From positions 1,560,001 through 1,592,000 of the forward strand of contig NZ_LN831039.1 in assembly GCF_001457595.1 (NCBI RefSeq): DNA of 32,000 nucleotides, written 5' to 3'. The translations under genes were made by a program, and so were the position numbers. Below, in pieces: positions 1 to 9,320 of the stretch. Under the pieces are notes generated by a model, which saw only the letters and a program-made list of their open reading frames with translations, searched no databases and was not told the DNA's origin. Every line of letters begins with the position of its first letter. Within the stretch, counting starts at the first letter, position 1. Origin of the DNA: Mycolicibacterium smegmatis. GTDB taxonomy: Bacteria > Actinomycetota > Actinomycetes > Mycobacteriales > Mycobacteriaceae.

Positions 1-2283
1 CTGATCGAGGGCGTCACCTTCGCGGTCATCACCGTGATGCTGCTGGCGGTCTACCGCTCGGTCATCACGACGCTGATCGTGCTGGCGATGGTGGTGCTGG
101 GGCTCTCCGGCGCCCGCGGGATCGTGGCATTCCTGGGTTTTTACAACGTCTTCGGGCTGACCACGTTCGCGACCAACATGGTGGTGACGCTGGCCATCGC
201 CGCGGCCACCGACTACGCGATCTTCCTGATCGGCCGCTATCAGGAGGCGCGGCGAGCCGGTGAGGACCGAGAATCGGCCTACTACACCATGTTCCACGGG
301 ACGGCCCACGTCGTTTTGGCGTCGGGTCTGACCATCGCGGGTGCGACGCTGTGCCTGCACTTCACCCGGCTGCCGTACTTCCAGACGATGGGCGTCCCGC
401 TGGCGATCGGCATGCTGATCGTGGTGGCCGCGGCGCTCACCGCCGGTCCTGCCGTGATCTCGGTGGTAAGCCGGTTCGGAAAGACCCTGGAACCCAAGCG
501 TTTCAGCCGGTCGCCGGGGTGGCACCGCGTCGGCACCGCGACCGTGCGCTGGCCCGGCGCGATCCTGGTGTGCGCGGTCGTTGCGGCACTGATCGGCCTG
601 CTCGCGCTGCCCGGTTACTACACCACCTACGACGACCGGCGCTACCTGCCCGATGACGTCCCGGCGAACGTCGGGTACGACGCGGCGTTCCGGCACTTCT
701 CGCAGGCCAAGATGAATCCCGACCTGATGATGGTCGAGACCGACCGCGATCTGCGCAACCCGGCCGACTTCCTGGTGATCGACAAGATCGCCAAGGCGCT
801 CAAGAACGTTCATGGCATCGCCCAGGTGCAGACCATCACCCGGCCCGACGGTGACCCGATCGAACACTCGACGATCCCGTACACGATCGGCCAGAGCGGC
901 ACCACGCAGATCATGAACAACGACTACATGCAGACCAACCTGGACAATCTGCTCAAGCAGGCCGACGATCTGCAGACCAGCATCGACTCGATGACCGAGA
1001 TGATGAACATCCAGACCGAGCTCGCGGCGGTGTCGCAATCGATGGCCGACAAGATGGCGCAGACGTCGGATGACACTGCGGACGTCCGGGATCATCTGGC
1101 GGACTTCGACGATTTCTTCCGCCCGATCCGCAACTACCTGTACTGGGAACCGCACTGCTACGACATCCCGATGTGCTGGTCGATGCGGTCGATCTTCGAG
1201 AGCATCGACGGCATCAACACCATGTCCGACGATTTCCAGGAACTGGTGCCCGAGATGCGGCGCATGGCCGATCTGATGCCGCGCATGGTCGCCGTGATGC
1301 CGGCACAGATCCAGTCGATGAAGAACCAGAAGCAGACGCTGCTGAACCAGTACCAGGTGCAGAAGGCCCAGCAGGATCAGAACATGGCCATGCAGGAAAA
1401 CGCCACGGCCATGAGCCAGGCGTTCGACGCGGCCAAGAACGACGACTCGTTCTATCTGCCGCCGGAGGCCTTCGAGACCGACGACTTCCAGCGGGGCATG
1501 AAGCTGTTCATGTCGCCGGACGGACATGCGGTGCGCTTCACCATCATTCACCAGGGTGACCCGCTGACCGAAGAGGGCACCGCGCGCATGGACGAACTCA
1601 AGGTCGCCGCGGCCGACGCGATCAAGGGCACCCCGTTCGAGGGTGCGCGCATCTACCTCGGCGGCAGCGCCGCGACGTACAACGACATGCAGATCGGCGC
1701 CGACTACGACCTGATCATCGTCGCGGCCTCGGCGCTGATCCTGATCTTCATCATCATGATGGTGCTCACCCGGGCCGTCGTGGCCGCGGCCGTGATCGTC
1801 GGGACGGTGGTGCTGAGCCTGGCCTCGGCGTTCGGACTGTCGGTGCTGCTGTGGCAGCACATCGTCGGGATCCCGCTGCACTGGATGGTGCTGCCGATGT
1901 CGGTGATCGTGCTGCTGGCCGTCGGCGCGGACTACAACCTGCTGCTGGTCTCGCGCATGAAAGAGGAAATCCACGCAGGCATCCGGACCGGCATCATCCG
2001 CGCCATGGTCGGCACGGGCGCGGTGGTCACCGCGGCCGGGTTGGTGTTCGCGTTCACGATGGCGTCGATGGCGGTCAGCAGCCTGATCACCATCGGGCAG
2101 GTCGGCACCACGATCGGCCTGGGCCTGCTGTTCGACACACTGGTCGTCCGCTCGCTCATGACACCGTCGATCGCGACCCTGCTGGGCCGTTGGTTCTGGT
2201 GGCCGCAGCGCGTGCGTGAGCGCCCGGTGCCGTCCAAGTGGCCGACGCCGATCCAGCGGACGCCGGAAGAGGCGCTGAGCTGA
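1..2283 (+). CDS. MmpL-family RND transporter (MmpL4/MmpL5-like), C-terminal ~760 codons; the 5' end lies left of the window
   Basis: Frame 1 is open from nt 1 ([12 protein letters not shown] precedes the listed ORF 34..2283). TM clusters flank a large soluble loop. [18 protein letters not shown] and [11 protein letters not shown] blocks are typical of mycobacterial MmpL proteins. Stop TGA at 2281-2283. Confidence 0.9.
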   Translation: MIEGVTFAVITVMLLAVYRSVITTLIVLAMVVLGLSGARGIVAFLGFYNVFGLTTFATNMVVTLAIAAATDYAIFLIGRYQEARRAGEDRESAYYTMFHGTAHVVLASGLTIAGATLCLHFTRLPYFQTMGVPLAIGMLIVVAAALTAGPAVISVVSRFGKTLEPKRFSRSPGWHRVGTATVRWPGAILVCAVVAALIGLLALPGYYTTYDDRRYLPDDVPANVGYDAAFRHFSQAKMNPDLMMVETDRDLRNPADFLVIDKIAKALKNVHGIAQVQTITRPDGDPIEHSTIPYTIGQSGTTQIMNNDYMQTNLDNLLKQADDLQTSIDSMTEMMNIQTELAAVSQSMADKMAQTSDDTADVRDHLADFDDFFRPIRNYLYWEPHCYDIPMCWSMRSIFESIDGINTMSDDFQELVPEMRRMADLMPRMVAVMPAQIQSMKNQKQTLLNQYQVQKAQQDQNMAMQENATAMSQAFDAAKNDDSFYLPPEAFETDDFQRGMKLFMSPDGHAVRFTIIHQGDPLTEEGTARMDELKVAAADAIKGTPFEGARIYLGGSAATYNDMQIGADYDLIIVAASALILIFIIMMVLTRAVVAAAVIVGTVVLSLASAFGLSVLLWQHIVGIPLHWMVLPMSVIVLLAVGADYNLLLVSRMKEEIHAGIRTGIIRAMVGTGAVVTAAGLVFAFTMASMAVSSLITIGQVGTTIGLGLLFDTLVVRSLMTPSIATLLGRWFWWPQRVRERPVPSKWPTPIQRTPEEALS

Positions 2284-2329
2284 TCTCGCCGAACTGATGA
2301 GTGTCGGGGCCGGTCACTAGACTGGCCCC

Positions 2330-3082
2330 GTGCTCATTGGCTCGCATGTAGACAACACCGATCCGCTGGCCGCGGCCGCCGCCGACGGCGCCGATGTGGT
2401 GCAGTTCTTCCTCGGCAACCCGCAGAGCTGGAAGAAACCCAAGCCGCGCGAGGACGCCGAGGTGCTCAAGGCCTCGACGATCCCGCTCTACGTGCACGCG
2501 CCGTACCTGATCAACGTCGCCTCGGCCAACAACCGGGTGCGCATCCCGTCGCGCAAGATCCTGCAGGACACGTGTGACGCGGCCGCCGAGATCGGCGCGA
2601 CCGCGGTCATCGTGCACGGCGGCCACGCCGACGACAACGACATGGAGGCCGGTTTCACCCGCTGGGTCAAGGCGCTCGACGCGCTCGACACCGATGTGCC
2701 GGTGTACCTGGAGAACACCGCGGGCGGCGACCACGCGATGGCCCGCCACTTCGACACCATCGCCCGTTTGTGGGATCACATCGGCGACAAGGGAATCGGC
2801 TTCTGCCTCGACACGTGCCACGCCTGGGCCGCCGGTGAGGCGCTGATCGACGCCGTCGAGCGCATCAAGTCCATCACGGGCCGCATCGACCTGGTGCACT
2901 GCAACGACTCGCGCGACGCGGCCGGTTCCGGCGCGGACCGGCACGCCAACTTCGGCGCAGGGCAGATCGATCCGCAGCTGCTGGCCGCGGTGGTCAAGGC
3001 CGCCGACGCTCCCGTGATCTGCGAGACGGCCGAGGCAGGACGCAAGGACGACATCGCGTTCCTGCGCGAACACGCGGGTTAG
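2330..3082 (+). CDS. nfo: Endonuclease IV (deoxyribonuclease IV, AP endonuclease; Rv0670 end-like)
   Basis: 250 aa with GTG start. Blocks [25 protein letters not shown] and [11 protein letters not shown] match the Nfo TIM-barrel metal-binding motifs. Confidence 0.92.
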   Translation: MLIGSHVDNTDPLAAAAADGADVVQFFLGNPQSWKKPKPREDAEVLKASTIPLYVHAPYLINVASANNRVRIPSRKILQDTCDAAAEIGATAVIVHGGHADDNDMEAGFTRWVKALDALDTDVPVYLENTAGGDHAMARHFDTIARLWDHIGDKGIGFCLDTCHAWAAGEALIDAVERIKSITGRIDLVHCNDSRDAAGSGADRHANFGAGQIDPQLLAAVVKAADAPVICETAEAGRKDDIAFLREHAG

Positions 3083-3175
3083 GCCCGTGCAGCCGGGCCA
3101 CGCCCGTCGACACGGTTTGAAAACGAAACCTCGCCGGAACTGTCGGTGACGACAAGGTGAACTAATGTTCGCCAA

Positions 3176-4387
3176 GTGACCGCGGTTGAGGACTCGGCAA
3201 CAGGTGTGGGACCTGAGCCAACCACCGGCGACCCGGCCGACACCCGCGATCGGGCTCGGACCCGTCGCGGTGGCATCCTGCGCATCCTGCGTTATGTGGC
3301 CATCGCGATCTGGGCCGCCGTCATCGTGTACCGCACGGTCACCGACGGATTCGCGTTCAACCGTGAGCTGCTGCTGCTCTATATCTGCACCGGGCTGCTC
3401 GCCGCGAGCATCGGCCAGGGCAAACGCATGCTGTACGTCATCCGTGACTGGCTGCCGTTCGCCCTGGTGCTCGTCGCCTACGACCTGAGCCGCGGCGCGG
3501 CCACGCTGATCGGGCGGCCCACATTGTGGCATTGGCAGGTCGACGTCGACCGTTGGCTGTTCTTCGGCACGGTGCCCACGGTGTGGCTGCAGGAACACCT
3601 CAAGCTGCCGCATCCGCCGTGGTGGGAAGTGGTGATCAGCACGGTCTACATGTCGTTCTTCATCCTGCCGTACGTGGTCGCGGGGGTGTTGTGGCTGCGC
3701 GACCGCGAGGAGTGGAAGAAGTTCGTCCGGCTGTTCGTCGGGCTGTCGTTCGCGGCGCTGGCCATCTACGCCCTGGTGCCCGCGGCACCGCCGTGGGCGG
3801 CCGCGCGCTGCACTCCCAGCGACGTCGAGGGCGGACCGTCCGGACCGCGCTGCATGTTCCGCTCGGCGCGCGGTGTGGCCGACGGCGGTCTGCTCGGGCC
3901 GATGCAGAGCAGCCAGGACGGCGCCAACGACTGGATCGAACGCATCGTGACGCGGGGCTGGGGCAAGCTGAACCTGCACAGCGCGACCGCGCTGATCGAC
4001 CAGGGGCAGGCCAGCGTGAACCTCGTCGCGGCCATCCCGTCACTGCATGCCGGTCTCACGGCAGGCGTCGCGGCGTTCCTGTGGTACCGCGTGAACCGCA
4101 AGTGGCGTCCGCTTCTCGTGGCCTACCCGCTGATCATGGCGTTCACGCTGGTCTACACGGCCGAGCACTACGTCGTCGACATCCTTCTCGGCTGGGCGCT
4201 GGCCGCGACGGTGATCTTCGTCTTCAACCGGTTCCACGCCTTCCGGCGTGGGCGGTCAGGCGAGGTAGACCTTGCGCAGCGTCTCGGTGACGGTCCACAC
4301 GGTGCTGGTGCCGGCCTTGAGTCGGCAGACGCTGCCGGGGCGCAGGTGCAGCGTGGGGCTGCCGTCGGCGAACTCGACCGAACCTGA
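3176..4387 (+). CDS. PAP2_3-type phosphatase/inositolphosphotransferase-like integral membrane protein
   Basis: 403-aa ORF with GTG start and about 6 TM helices. PAP2 C2/C3-like motifs are present (IPSLHAG and YTAEHYVVDILLG). The last ~45 codons are low complexity and overlap the convergent cupin gene. Confidence 0.75.
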   Translation: MTAVEDSATGVGPEPTTGDPADTRDRARTRRGGILRILRYVAIAIWAAVIVYRTVTDGFAFNRELLLLYICTGLLAASIGQGKRMLYVIRDWLPFALVLVAYDLSRGAATLIGRPTLWHWQVDVDRWLFFGTVPTVWLQEHLKLPHPPWWEVVISTVYMSFFILPYVVAGVLWLRDREEWKKFVRLFVGLSFAALAIYALVPAAPPWAAARCTPSDVEGGPSGPRCMFRSARGVADGGLLGPMQSSQDGANDWIERIVTRGWGKLNLHSATALIDQGQASVNLVAAIPSLHAGLTAGVAAFLWYRVNRKWRPLLVAYPLIMAFTLVYTAEHYVVDILLGWALAATVIFVFNRFHAFRRGRSGEVDLAQRLGDGPHGAGAGLESADAAGAQVQRGAAVGELDRT

Positions 4388-4591
4388 ACCCGCGACGACG
4401 ACGAACACCTCGTCGGCCTCGACGTCGGTCATCACCCCCGGCGTCATCTCCCACACGCCGACCTCCATGCCGCCGAACTCGTCGAGCGCGACGGCCGCGG
4501 TCTGCGGTGCTCCGCTGACTGCCTGTTCGGCCGGCACGGGCTCGTGGTCGAGTTCGAGAGTGGTGGTGTCGACGGCGGTGTTCGGTGTCAT
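4256..4591 (-). CDS. Small cupin-domain protein (DUF861/EutQ-like)
   Basis: The ORF is 4256..4657; I prefer the internal ATG at 4591 (MTPNTAVDTT...). The core GVWEMTPG....ADEVFVVVAGSGSVEF.DG....L.PG is typical of single-domain cupins. Confidence 0.7.
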   Translation of the reverse strand: MTPNTAVDTTTLELDHEPVPAEQAVSGAPQTAAVALDEFGGMEVGVWEMTPGVMTDVEADEVFVVVAGSGSVEFADGSPTLHLRPGSVCRLKAGTSTVWTVTETLRKVYLA

Positions 4592-4715
4592 CGCAACAGT
4601 ATGCGGAGACCGAAATAGGTACCGCACTACGCGTGCCGATCGTCCTCGGCCGGTCATACGGTCCGCTCACACGACTCGTATGAGTCGCTTCGTGTGACGC
4701 TCCGCAGGAGGCATC

Positions 4716-5882
4716 GTGGTGATCACGACGGTCGCGGTCGAGGACGCGACCCGCGTACCCCAGTTCGACGCCGTGCGGCCCGTCGGCGGACCGGTGTGGG
4801 TGGCGTGGCGCGAGAGCGCTCTGACGCGTGCGTACGAACTGGAGACGCTGGTCGAGTACCTTGCCCCGGGCAATCGTCGCGACGTGGGCGGCGCGCTGTC
4901 CGGGGCGATCAGGAGTCATCTGGAGGCCGTGCGGGACGCGGCCGACAGAAAACGCGCGACGTCTGGAAGGCGTATGTGGGCCTGGCGCAACGGGCCGCTG
5001 CTCGAACGCTCGATGAGCAACCTCGATGCCGCCGAGGCGCAACTGCTCAACCTCGCGCCGCCCGAGTACCTCGCCGGGCAGATGCCGTCGCTGCTGCGAC
5101 ACGTCCAGCGCCACCTACGGACATCGGATCCGGGGCGCCAGGAACTGGAGCGTCTGGTCAAGAGCCTCGCCGGCCTCGACCGGGAGACCCAGAACGACGT
5201 CGTCACGCGGGAGCGCGACAAGATCGTCGCCACCGTGCGCGCGGCGAGCTCCGAGGGCATGCGAGAAAATCTGCGGCTCAGGAGTTTTCGCAACATCGTG
5301 GTGAGCACCACGATCCTGTTGTCGCTGCTGGCCGTCGCGCTCGGGATCATCACCTTCTACCAGCCCACGCTGTTGCCGCTGTGCTTCACGCCGCGGGACG
5401 CCAACCAGATCACCGTGGTGTGCCCGACCAATCAGTCCCCGCCGATCACACCCCAGCGGGCCGGTGTGCCGGTGCCGCCCAACGCACGCGACATCGACTA
5501 CGTCGTCGCCGACACCGTCACGCCGATGGACGTCGTCGTGATCGAGCTCGTCGGTCTTCTCGCGGCCGCGATCGCGTCCGCCGCGATGATCAGCCACGTG
5601 AAAGGCTCGTCGGAGCGGTACGGGATCCCGGTCGCGCTCGCGGCGCTCAAGCTGCCCACCGGTGCGCTCACGGCCGTCCTCGGCCTGCTGCTGATGCGCG
5701 GTCAGTTCATCCCCGGACTCAACGCGCTGGACAACCCGGGGCAGATCGTCGCGTGGGGTCTGGTGTTCGGCTACGCGCAACAACTGTTCACCAGGCTCAT
5801 CGACCAGCAGGGCCAGACTGTGCTGAACAGTGTGCGCTCGGCCGACAACACCTCGGCTGAACGGAAACCCACAGGTCGCTGA
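4716..5882 (+). CDS. Hypothetical membrane protein: about 190-aa helical N-terminal domain followed by 3-4 TM helices; no family recognised
   Basis: 388-aa ORF with coding-like composition. AGGAGG at 4706-4711 precedes GTG 4716 (alternative GTG at 4719). TM segments include IVVSTTILLSLLAVALGIITF, VVIELVGLLAAAIASAAMI and LPTGALTAVLGLLLM. Confidence 0.6.
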   Translation: MVITTVAVEDATRVPQFDAVRPVGGPVWVAWRESALTRAYELETLVEYLAPGNRRDVGGALSGAIRSHLEAVRDAADRKRATSGRRMWAWRNGPLLERSMSNLDAAEAQLLNLAPPEYLAGQMPSLLRHVQRHLRTSDPGRQELERLVKSLAGLDRETQNDVVTRERDKIVATVRAASSEGMRENLRLRSFRNIVVSTTILLSLLAVALGIITFYQPTLLPLCFTPRDANQITVVCPTNQSPPITPQRAGVPVPPNARDIDYVVADTVTPMDVVVIELVGLLAAAIASAAMISHVKGSSERYGIPVALAALKLPTGALTAVLGLLLMRGQFIPGLNALDNPGQIVAWGLVFGYAQQLFTRLIDQQGQTVLNSVRSADNTSAERKPTGR

Positions 5883-5935
5883 GGACTGTATTACGGCTAT
5901 TGTGCGACTGTCGAAAAACTGTAACACTGGCGCGT

Positions 5936-7591
5936 ATGGCACACGATCTGTCGCTTCTTGCCTCCTCCGGCACCCATGCCGTCACCAATCAGGTGCCGCC
6001 GCTGGAGGACTACAACCCCGCCACCTCGCCCGTGCTCACCGAGGCGCTGATCCGGGAAGGCGGCGAGTGGGGACTCGATGAAGTCCATGCGCTGGGCGCG
6101 CTGAGTGGCAGCAGACAGGCTCAGCGGTGGGGCGAACTCGCCGACCGCAACCGGCCCATCCTGCACACCCATGACCGTTACGGTCACCGCATCGACGAGG
6201 TCGAGTACGACCCGGCCTACCACGAGCTGATGTCGGTGGCCGTCAGCTACGGTCTGCACGCCGCGCCGTGGGCCGACGACCGGCCGGGTGCGCACGTGGT
6301 GCGGGCCGCCAAGACCTCGGTGTGGACGCCCGAGCCGGGCCACATCTGCCCGATCTCGATGACCTATGCGGTGGTTCCCGCACTGAGGTTCAACCCCGAA
6401 CTGGCCAAGATCTACGAGCCGCTGCTCACCAGCCGGGTCTACGATCCCGAGCTCAAGATCCCGACCACCAAACTCGGCATCACCGCGGGCATGTCGATGA
6501 CAGAGAAGCAGGGCGGCTCCGATGTGCGCGCCGGCACCACGCAGGCCACCCCGAACGGCGACGGCAGCTACACGCTGACCGGGCACAAGTGGTTCACCTC
6601 GGCGCCCATGTGCGACATCTTCCTGGTGCTCGCGCAGGCCCCCGGCGGCCTCAGCTGTTTCTTCCTCCCGCGCATCCTGCCCGACGGCCGCCGCAACCGG
6701 ATGTTCCTGCAGCGCTTGAAGGACAAGCTGGGCAACCACGCCAACGCCTCCAGCGAGGTCGAGTACGACGGCGCGACGGCATGGCTGGTCGGCGAGGAGG
6801 GCCGCGGCGTGCCGACCATCATCGAGATGGTCAACCTCACCCGGCTCGACTGCACGCTGGGCAGCGCGACCAGCATGCGCAACGGTCTGTCGCGTGCCGT
6901 GCACCACGCGCAGCACCGAAAGGCGTTCGGCGCCTATCTGATCGACCAGCCGCTGATGCGCAACGTGCTCGCCGACCTCGCGATCGAAGCCGAGGCCGCC
7001 ACCATGCTCGCGATGCGCATGGCCGGCGCGACCGACAAGGCCGTGCACGGCGATGAGCGCGAGAAGCTCCTCCGCCGCATCGGTCTGGCGGCGGGCAAGT
7101 ACTGGGTGTGCAAGCGGGCGACGCCGCACGCGGCCGAGGCCATGGAATGCCTGGGCGGCAACGGTTATGTCGAGGACTCGGGCATGCCGCGGCTCTACCG
7201 TGAGGCGCCGCTCATGGGCATCTGGGAGGGCTCGGGCAACGTGAGCGCCCTGGATACCCTGCGCGCCATGGCAACCCGTCCCGAGTGCGTCGAGGTGTTG
7301 TTCGACGAGCTCGGCCAGACGGCCGGACACGACGAGCGTCTCGACGCCCATGTCGCGACGTTGCAGCGTGACCTGGGTGAGCTGGAGACCATCCAGTACC
7401 GCGCCCGCAAGGTCGCCGAGGACATCTCGCTCGCCCTGCAGGGATCGCTGCTCGTGCGCCACGGGCACCCCGCGGTCGCCGAGGCCTTCCTCGCCAGCCG
7501 CCTCGGCGGACAGTGGGGCAGTGCCTTCGGCACACTGCCCACCGGGCTGGACCTCGCGCCCATCATCGAACGCGCTCTGGTCAAGGGGTGA
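5936..7591 (+). CDS. fadE8: Acyl-CoA dehydrogenase, AidB-like (Rv0672 fadE8-like by sequence type and synteny)
   Basis: The ORF is 5900..7591 (TTG); I prefer ATG 5936 (MAHDLSLL). GMSMTEKQGGSDV, KWFTSAP and IWEGSGNV are ACAD/AidB signatures. The product is about 551 aa. Confidence 0.88.
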   Translation: MAHDLSLLASSGTHAVTNQVPPLEDYNPATSPVLTEALIREGGEWGLDEVHALGALSGSRQAQRWGELADRNRPILHTHDRYGHRIDEVEYDPAYHELMSVAVSYGLHAAPWADDRPGAHVVRAAKTSVWTPEPGHICPISMTYAVVPALRFNPELAKIYEPLLTSRVYDPELKIPTTKLGITAGMSMTEKQGGSDVRAGTTQATPNGDGSYTLTGHKWFTSAPMCDIFLVLAQAPGGLSCFFLPRILPDGRRNRMFLQRLKDKLGNHANASSEVEYDGATAWLVGEEGRGVPTIIEMVNLTRLDCTLGSATSMRNGLSRAVHHAQHRKAFGAYLIDQPLMRNVLADLAIEAEAATMLAMRMAGATDKAVHGDEREKLLRRIGLAAGKYWVCKRATPHAAEAMECLGGNGYVEDSGMPRLYREAPLMGIWEGSGNVSALDTLRAMATRPECVEVLFDELGQTAGHDERLDAHVATLQRDLGELETIQYRARKVAEDISLALQGSLLVRHGHPAVAEAFLASRLGGQWGSAFGTLPTGLDLAPIIERALVKG

Positions 7592-7637
7592 TCTTCTCTC
7601 GCGAAGGAAAGTCCGGGAGAAACAAGGGGGACGACGC

Positions 7638-8576
7638 ATGACGCACGCGATCCGGCCGGTCGACTTCGACAACCTCAAGACCATGACCTACGAGGTCACG
7701 GACCGGGTCGCGCGCATCACGTTCAATCGGCCCGAGAAGGGCAACGCGATCGTCGCGGACACGCCCCTGGAGTTGTCGGCGCTCGTCGAACGGGCCGACC
7801 TTGACCCGGACGTCCACGTCATCCTGGTCTCCGGGCGCGGTGAGGGGTTCTGCGCCGGATTCGACCTGAGCGCGTACGCGGAAGGCTCGTCGTCTGCCGG
7901 TGGCGGCAGCCCGTACGAGGGCACCGTGCTGTCGGGAAAGACACAGGCGCTCAACCACCTTCCGGATGAGCCGTGGGATCCGATGGTCGACTATCAGATG
8001 ATGAGCCGATTCGTTCGCGGCTTCGCGAGCCTGATGCACTGTGACAAGCCCACCGTGGTGAAGATCCACGGCTACTGCGTGGCCGGCGGCACCGACATCG
8101 CGCTGCACGCCGATCAGGTGATCGCCGCGGCCGACGCCAAGATCGGCTACCCGCCGATGCGGGTGTGGGGCGTACCGGCCGCAGGGTTGTGGGCGCACCG
8201 GCTGGGGGACCAGCGTGCGAAACGCCTGCTGTTCACCGGGGATTGCATCACCGGGGCGCAGGCCGCCGAGTGGGGACTGGCGGTCGAGGCGCCCGACCCG
8301 GCCGATCTCGACGCGCGCACCGAGCGCCTCGTCGAACGCATCGCGGCCATGCCCGTCAACCAATTGATCATGGCCAAGCTCGCATGCAACACGGCGCTGC
8401 TCAACCAGGGCGTGGCGACCAGCCAGATGGTCAGCACCGTCTTCGACGGCATCGCCCGGCACACGCCGGAAGGACATGCGTTCGTCGCGACGGCCCGCGA
8501 GCACGGGTTCCGCGAGGCCGTGCGTCGTCGCGACGAGCCGATGGGTGACCACGGACGCAGCGCTTCGGACGTGTGA
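7638..8576 (+). CDS. echA4: Enoyl-CoA hydratase/isomerase family protein (Rv0673 echA4-like)
   Basis: Internal ATG 7638 of ORF 7350..8576 is preceded by AAGGGGGA. Crotonase fold motifs are present (ITFNRPEKGNA, FCAGFDL, HGYCVAGGTDIAL). Confidence 0.85.
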   Translation: MTHAIRPVDFDNLKTMTYEVTDRVARITFNRPEKGNAIVADTPLELSALVERADLDPDVHVILVSGRGEGFCAGFDLSAYAEGSSSAGGGSPYEGTVLSGKTQALNHLPDEPWDPMVDYQMMSRFVRGFASLMHCDKPTVVKIHGYCVAGGTDIALHADQVIAAADAKIGYPPMRVWGVPAAGLWAHRLGDQRAKRLLFTGDCITGAQAAEWGLAVEAPDPADLDARTERLVERIAAMPVNQLIMAKLACNTALLNQGVATSQMVSTVFDGIARHTPEGHAFVATAREHGFREAVRRRDEPMGDHGRSASDV

Positions 8577-8582
8577 GGGAGC

Positions 8583-9320
8583 GTGACCGTGCCTGACGTG
8601 CGCCGGATGACCGCTCGGTCGGTGGTGCTCAGCGTGATGCTGGGTGCACATCCGGCATGGGCGAGCTCGGCTGAATTGATCAGGCTGACATCGGATTTTG
8701 GCATCCGCGAGCAGACCCTGCGGGTGGCGCTGACCAGAATGGTGAGCGCGGGGGATCTGGTGCGATCGGCCGACGGCTACCGGTTGTCGGACCGGCTGAT
8801 GGTCCGTCAGCGCAGACAGGACGACGCCATCGACCCCAAGGTGCACGATCACGACGGCGAATGGCTCACGGTGGTGGTCACCAGCGTCGGCACCGATGCC
8901 CGCACGCGCGCCTGGATGCGCAACACCCTGCAGCAGTACCGGTTCGGTGAACTACGGGAAGGGGTGTGGCTGCGGCCCGACAACTTGGACCAGGCGCTGC
9001 CCGGCGAGATCGCCGACCGGGTCCGGGTGTTGCGCACCCGCGACGACAACCCGCGTGACCTCGCCGCGCGTCTGTGGGACCTACCCGGATGGGCCCGCAC
9101 CGGCGAGCTTCTCCTCGAGGCGATGGCCGACGCCACCGACGTCCCCGCCCGGTTCGTGGTGGCCGCGGGCATCGTGCGCCACCTGTTGGTCGATCCCGTG
9201 CTGCCCGACGATCTGCTGCCCGCCTCGTGGCCGGGCGCGGCGTTGCGCGCCGCGTACAACGACTTCGCCGCCGAACTCGTCGCGCGGCGTGACCGCACCG
9301 AACTGATGGAGGCGACGTGA
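8583..9320 (+). CDS. PaaX-like transcriptional regulator (Rv0674-like)
   Basis: 245 aa; GTG start 6 nt after the echA4 stop, with GAGGGA upstream. The N-terminal winged-helix-like region (SVVLSVMLG...LIRL...GI.EQTLRVALTRMV..GDL) and C-terminal domain resemble PaaX-family proteins. It sits between two crotonase genes. Confidence 0.7.
   Translation: MTVPDVRRMTARSVVLSVMLGAHPAWASSAELIRLTSDFGIREQTLRVALTRMVSAGDLVRSADGYRLSDRLMVRQRRQDDAIDPKVHDHDGEWLTVVVTSVGTDARTRAWMRNTLQQYRFGELREGVWLRPDNLDQALPGEIADRVRVLRTRDDNPRDLAARLWDLPGWARTGELLLEAMADATDVPARFVVAAGIVRHLLVDPVLPDDLLPASWPGAALRAAYNDFAAELVARRDRTELMEAT

Noticed and set aside
2306-2329. Short hairpins after mmpL (GGGGCC-N12-GGCCCC) and after the SHOCT gene (CGGTGG-TAACGT-CCACCG at 22847-22864), considered as terminators.
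   Set aside because: The stems are only 6 bp and have no U tract. They are too weak to call with confidence, although mycobacterial terminators often lack U tracts.
2156-3979. A 607-aa ORF on the minus strand spanning the mmpL 3' end, nfo and the PAP2 gene.
   Set aside because: It is antisense to genes with clear family motifs. The product is Arg/Gly/Asp/His-rich with no recognisable domains, which is the usual stop-poor shadow frame of high-GC DNA.
7350-7637. Upstream extensions of ORFs. Examples are 7350 for echA4, 10836 for the ADH, 25644 for arcA, 26768 for the SDR, 24214 for arcD and 10175..11302 for LysR.
   Set aside because: Each extension overlaps the preceding gene or is Arg/Pro-rich nonsense. 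In each case an internal start with a Shine-Dalgarno-like sequence gives the family-typical N-terminus and length.
5897-7684. A 595-aa minus-strand ORF antisense to fadE8.
   Set aside because: The plus-strand frame carries unmistakable acyl-CoA dehydrogenase motifs. The antisense product is low complexity (R/G/A/H) with no motifs.
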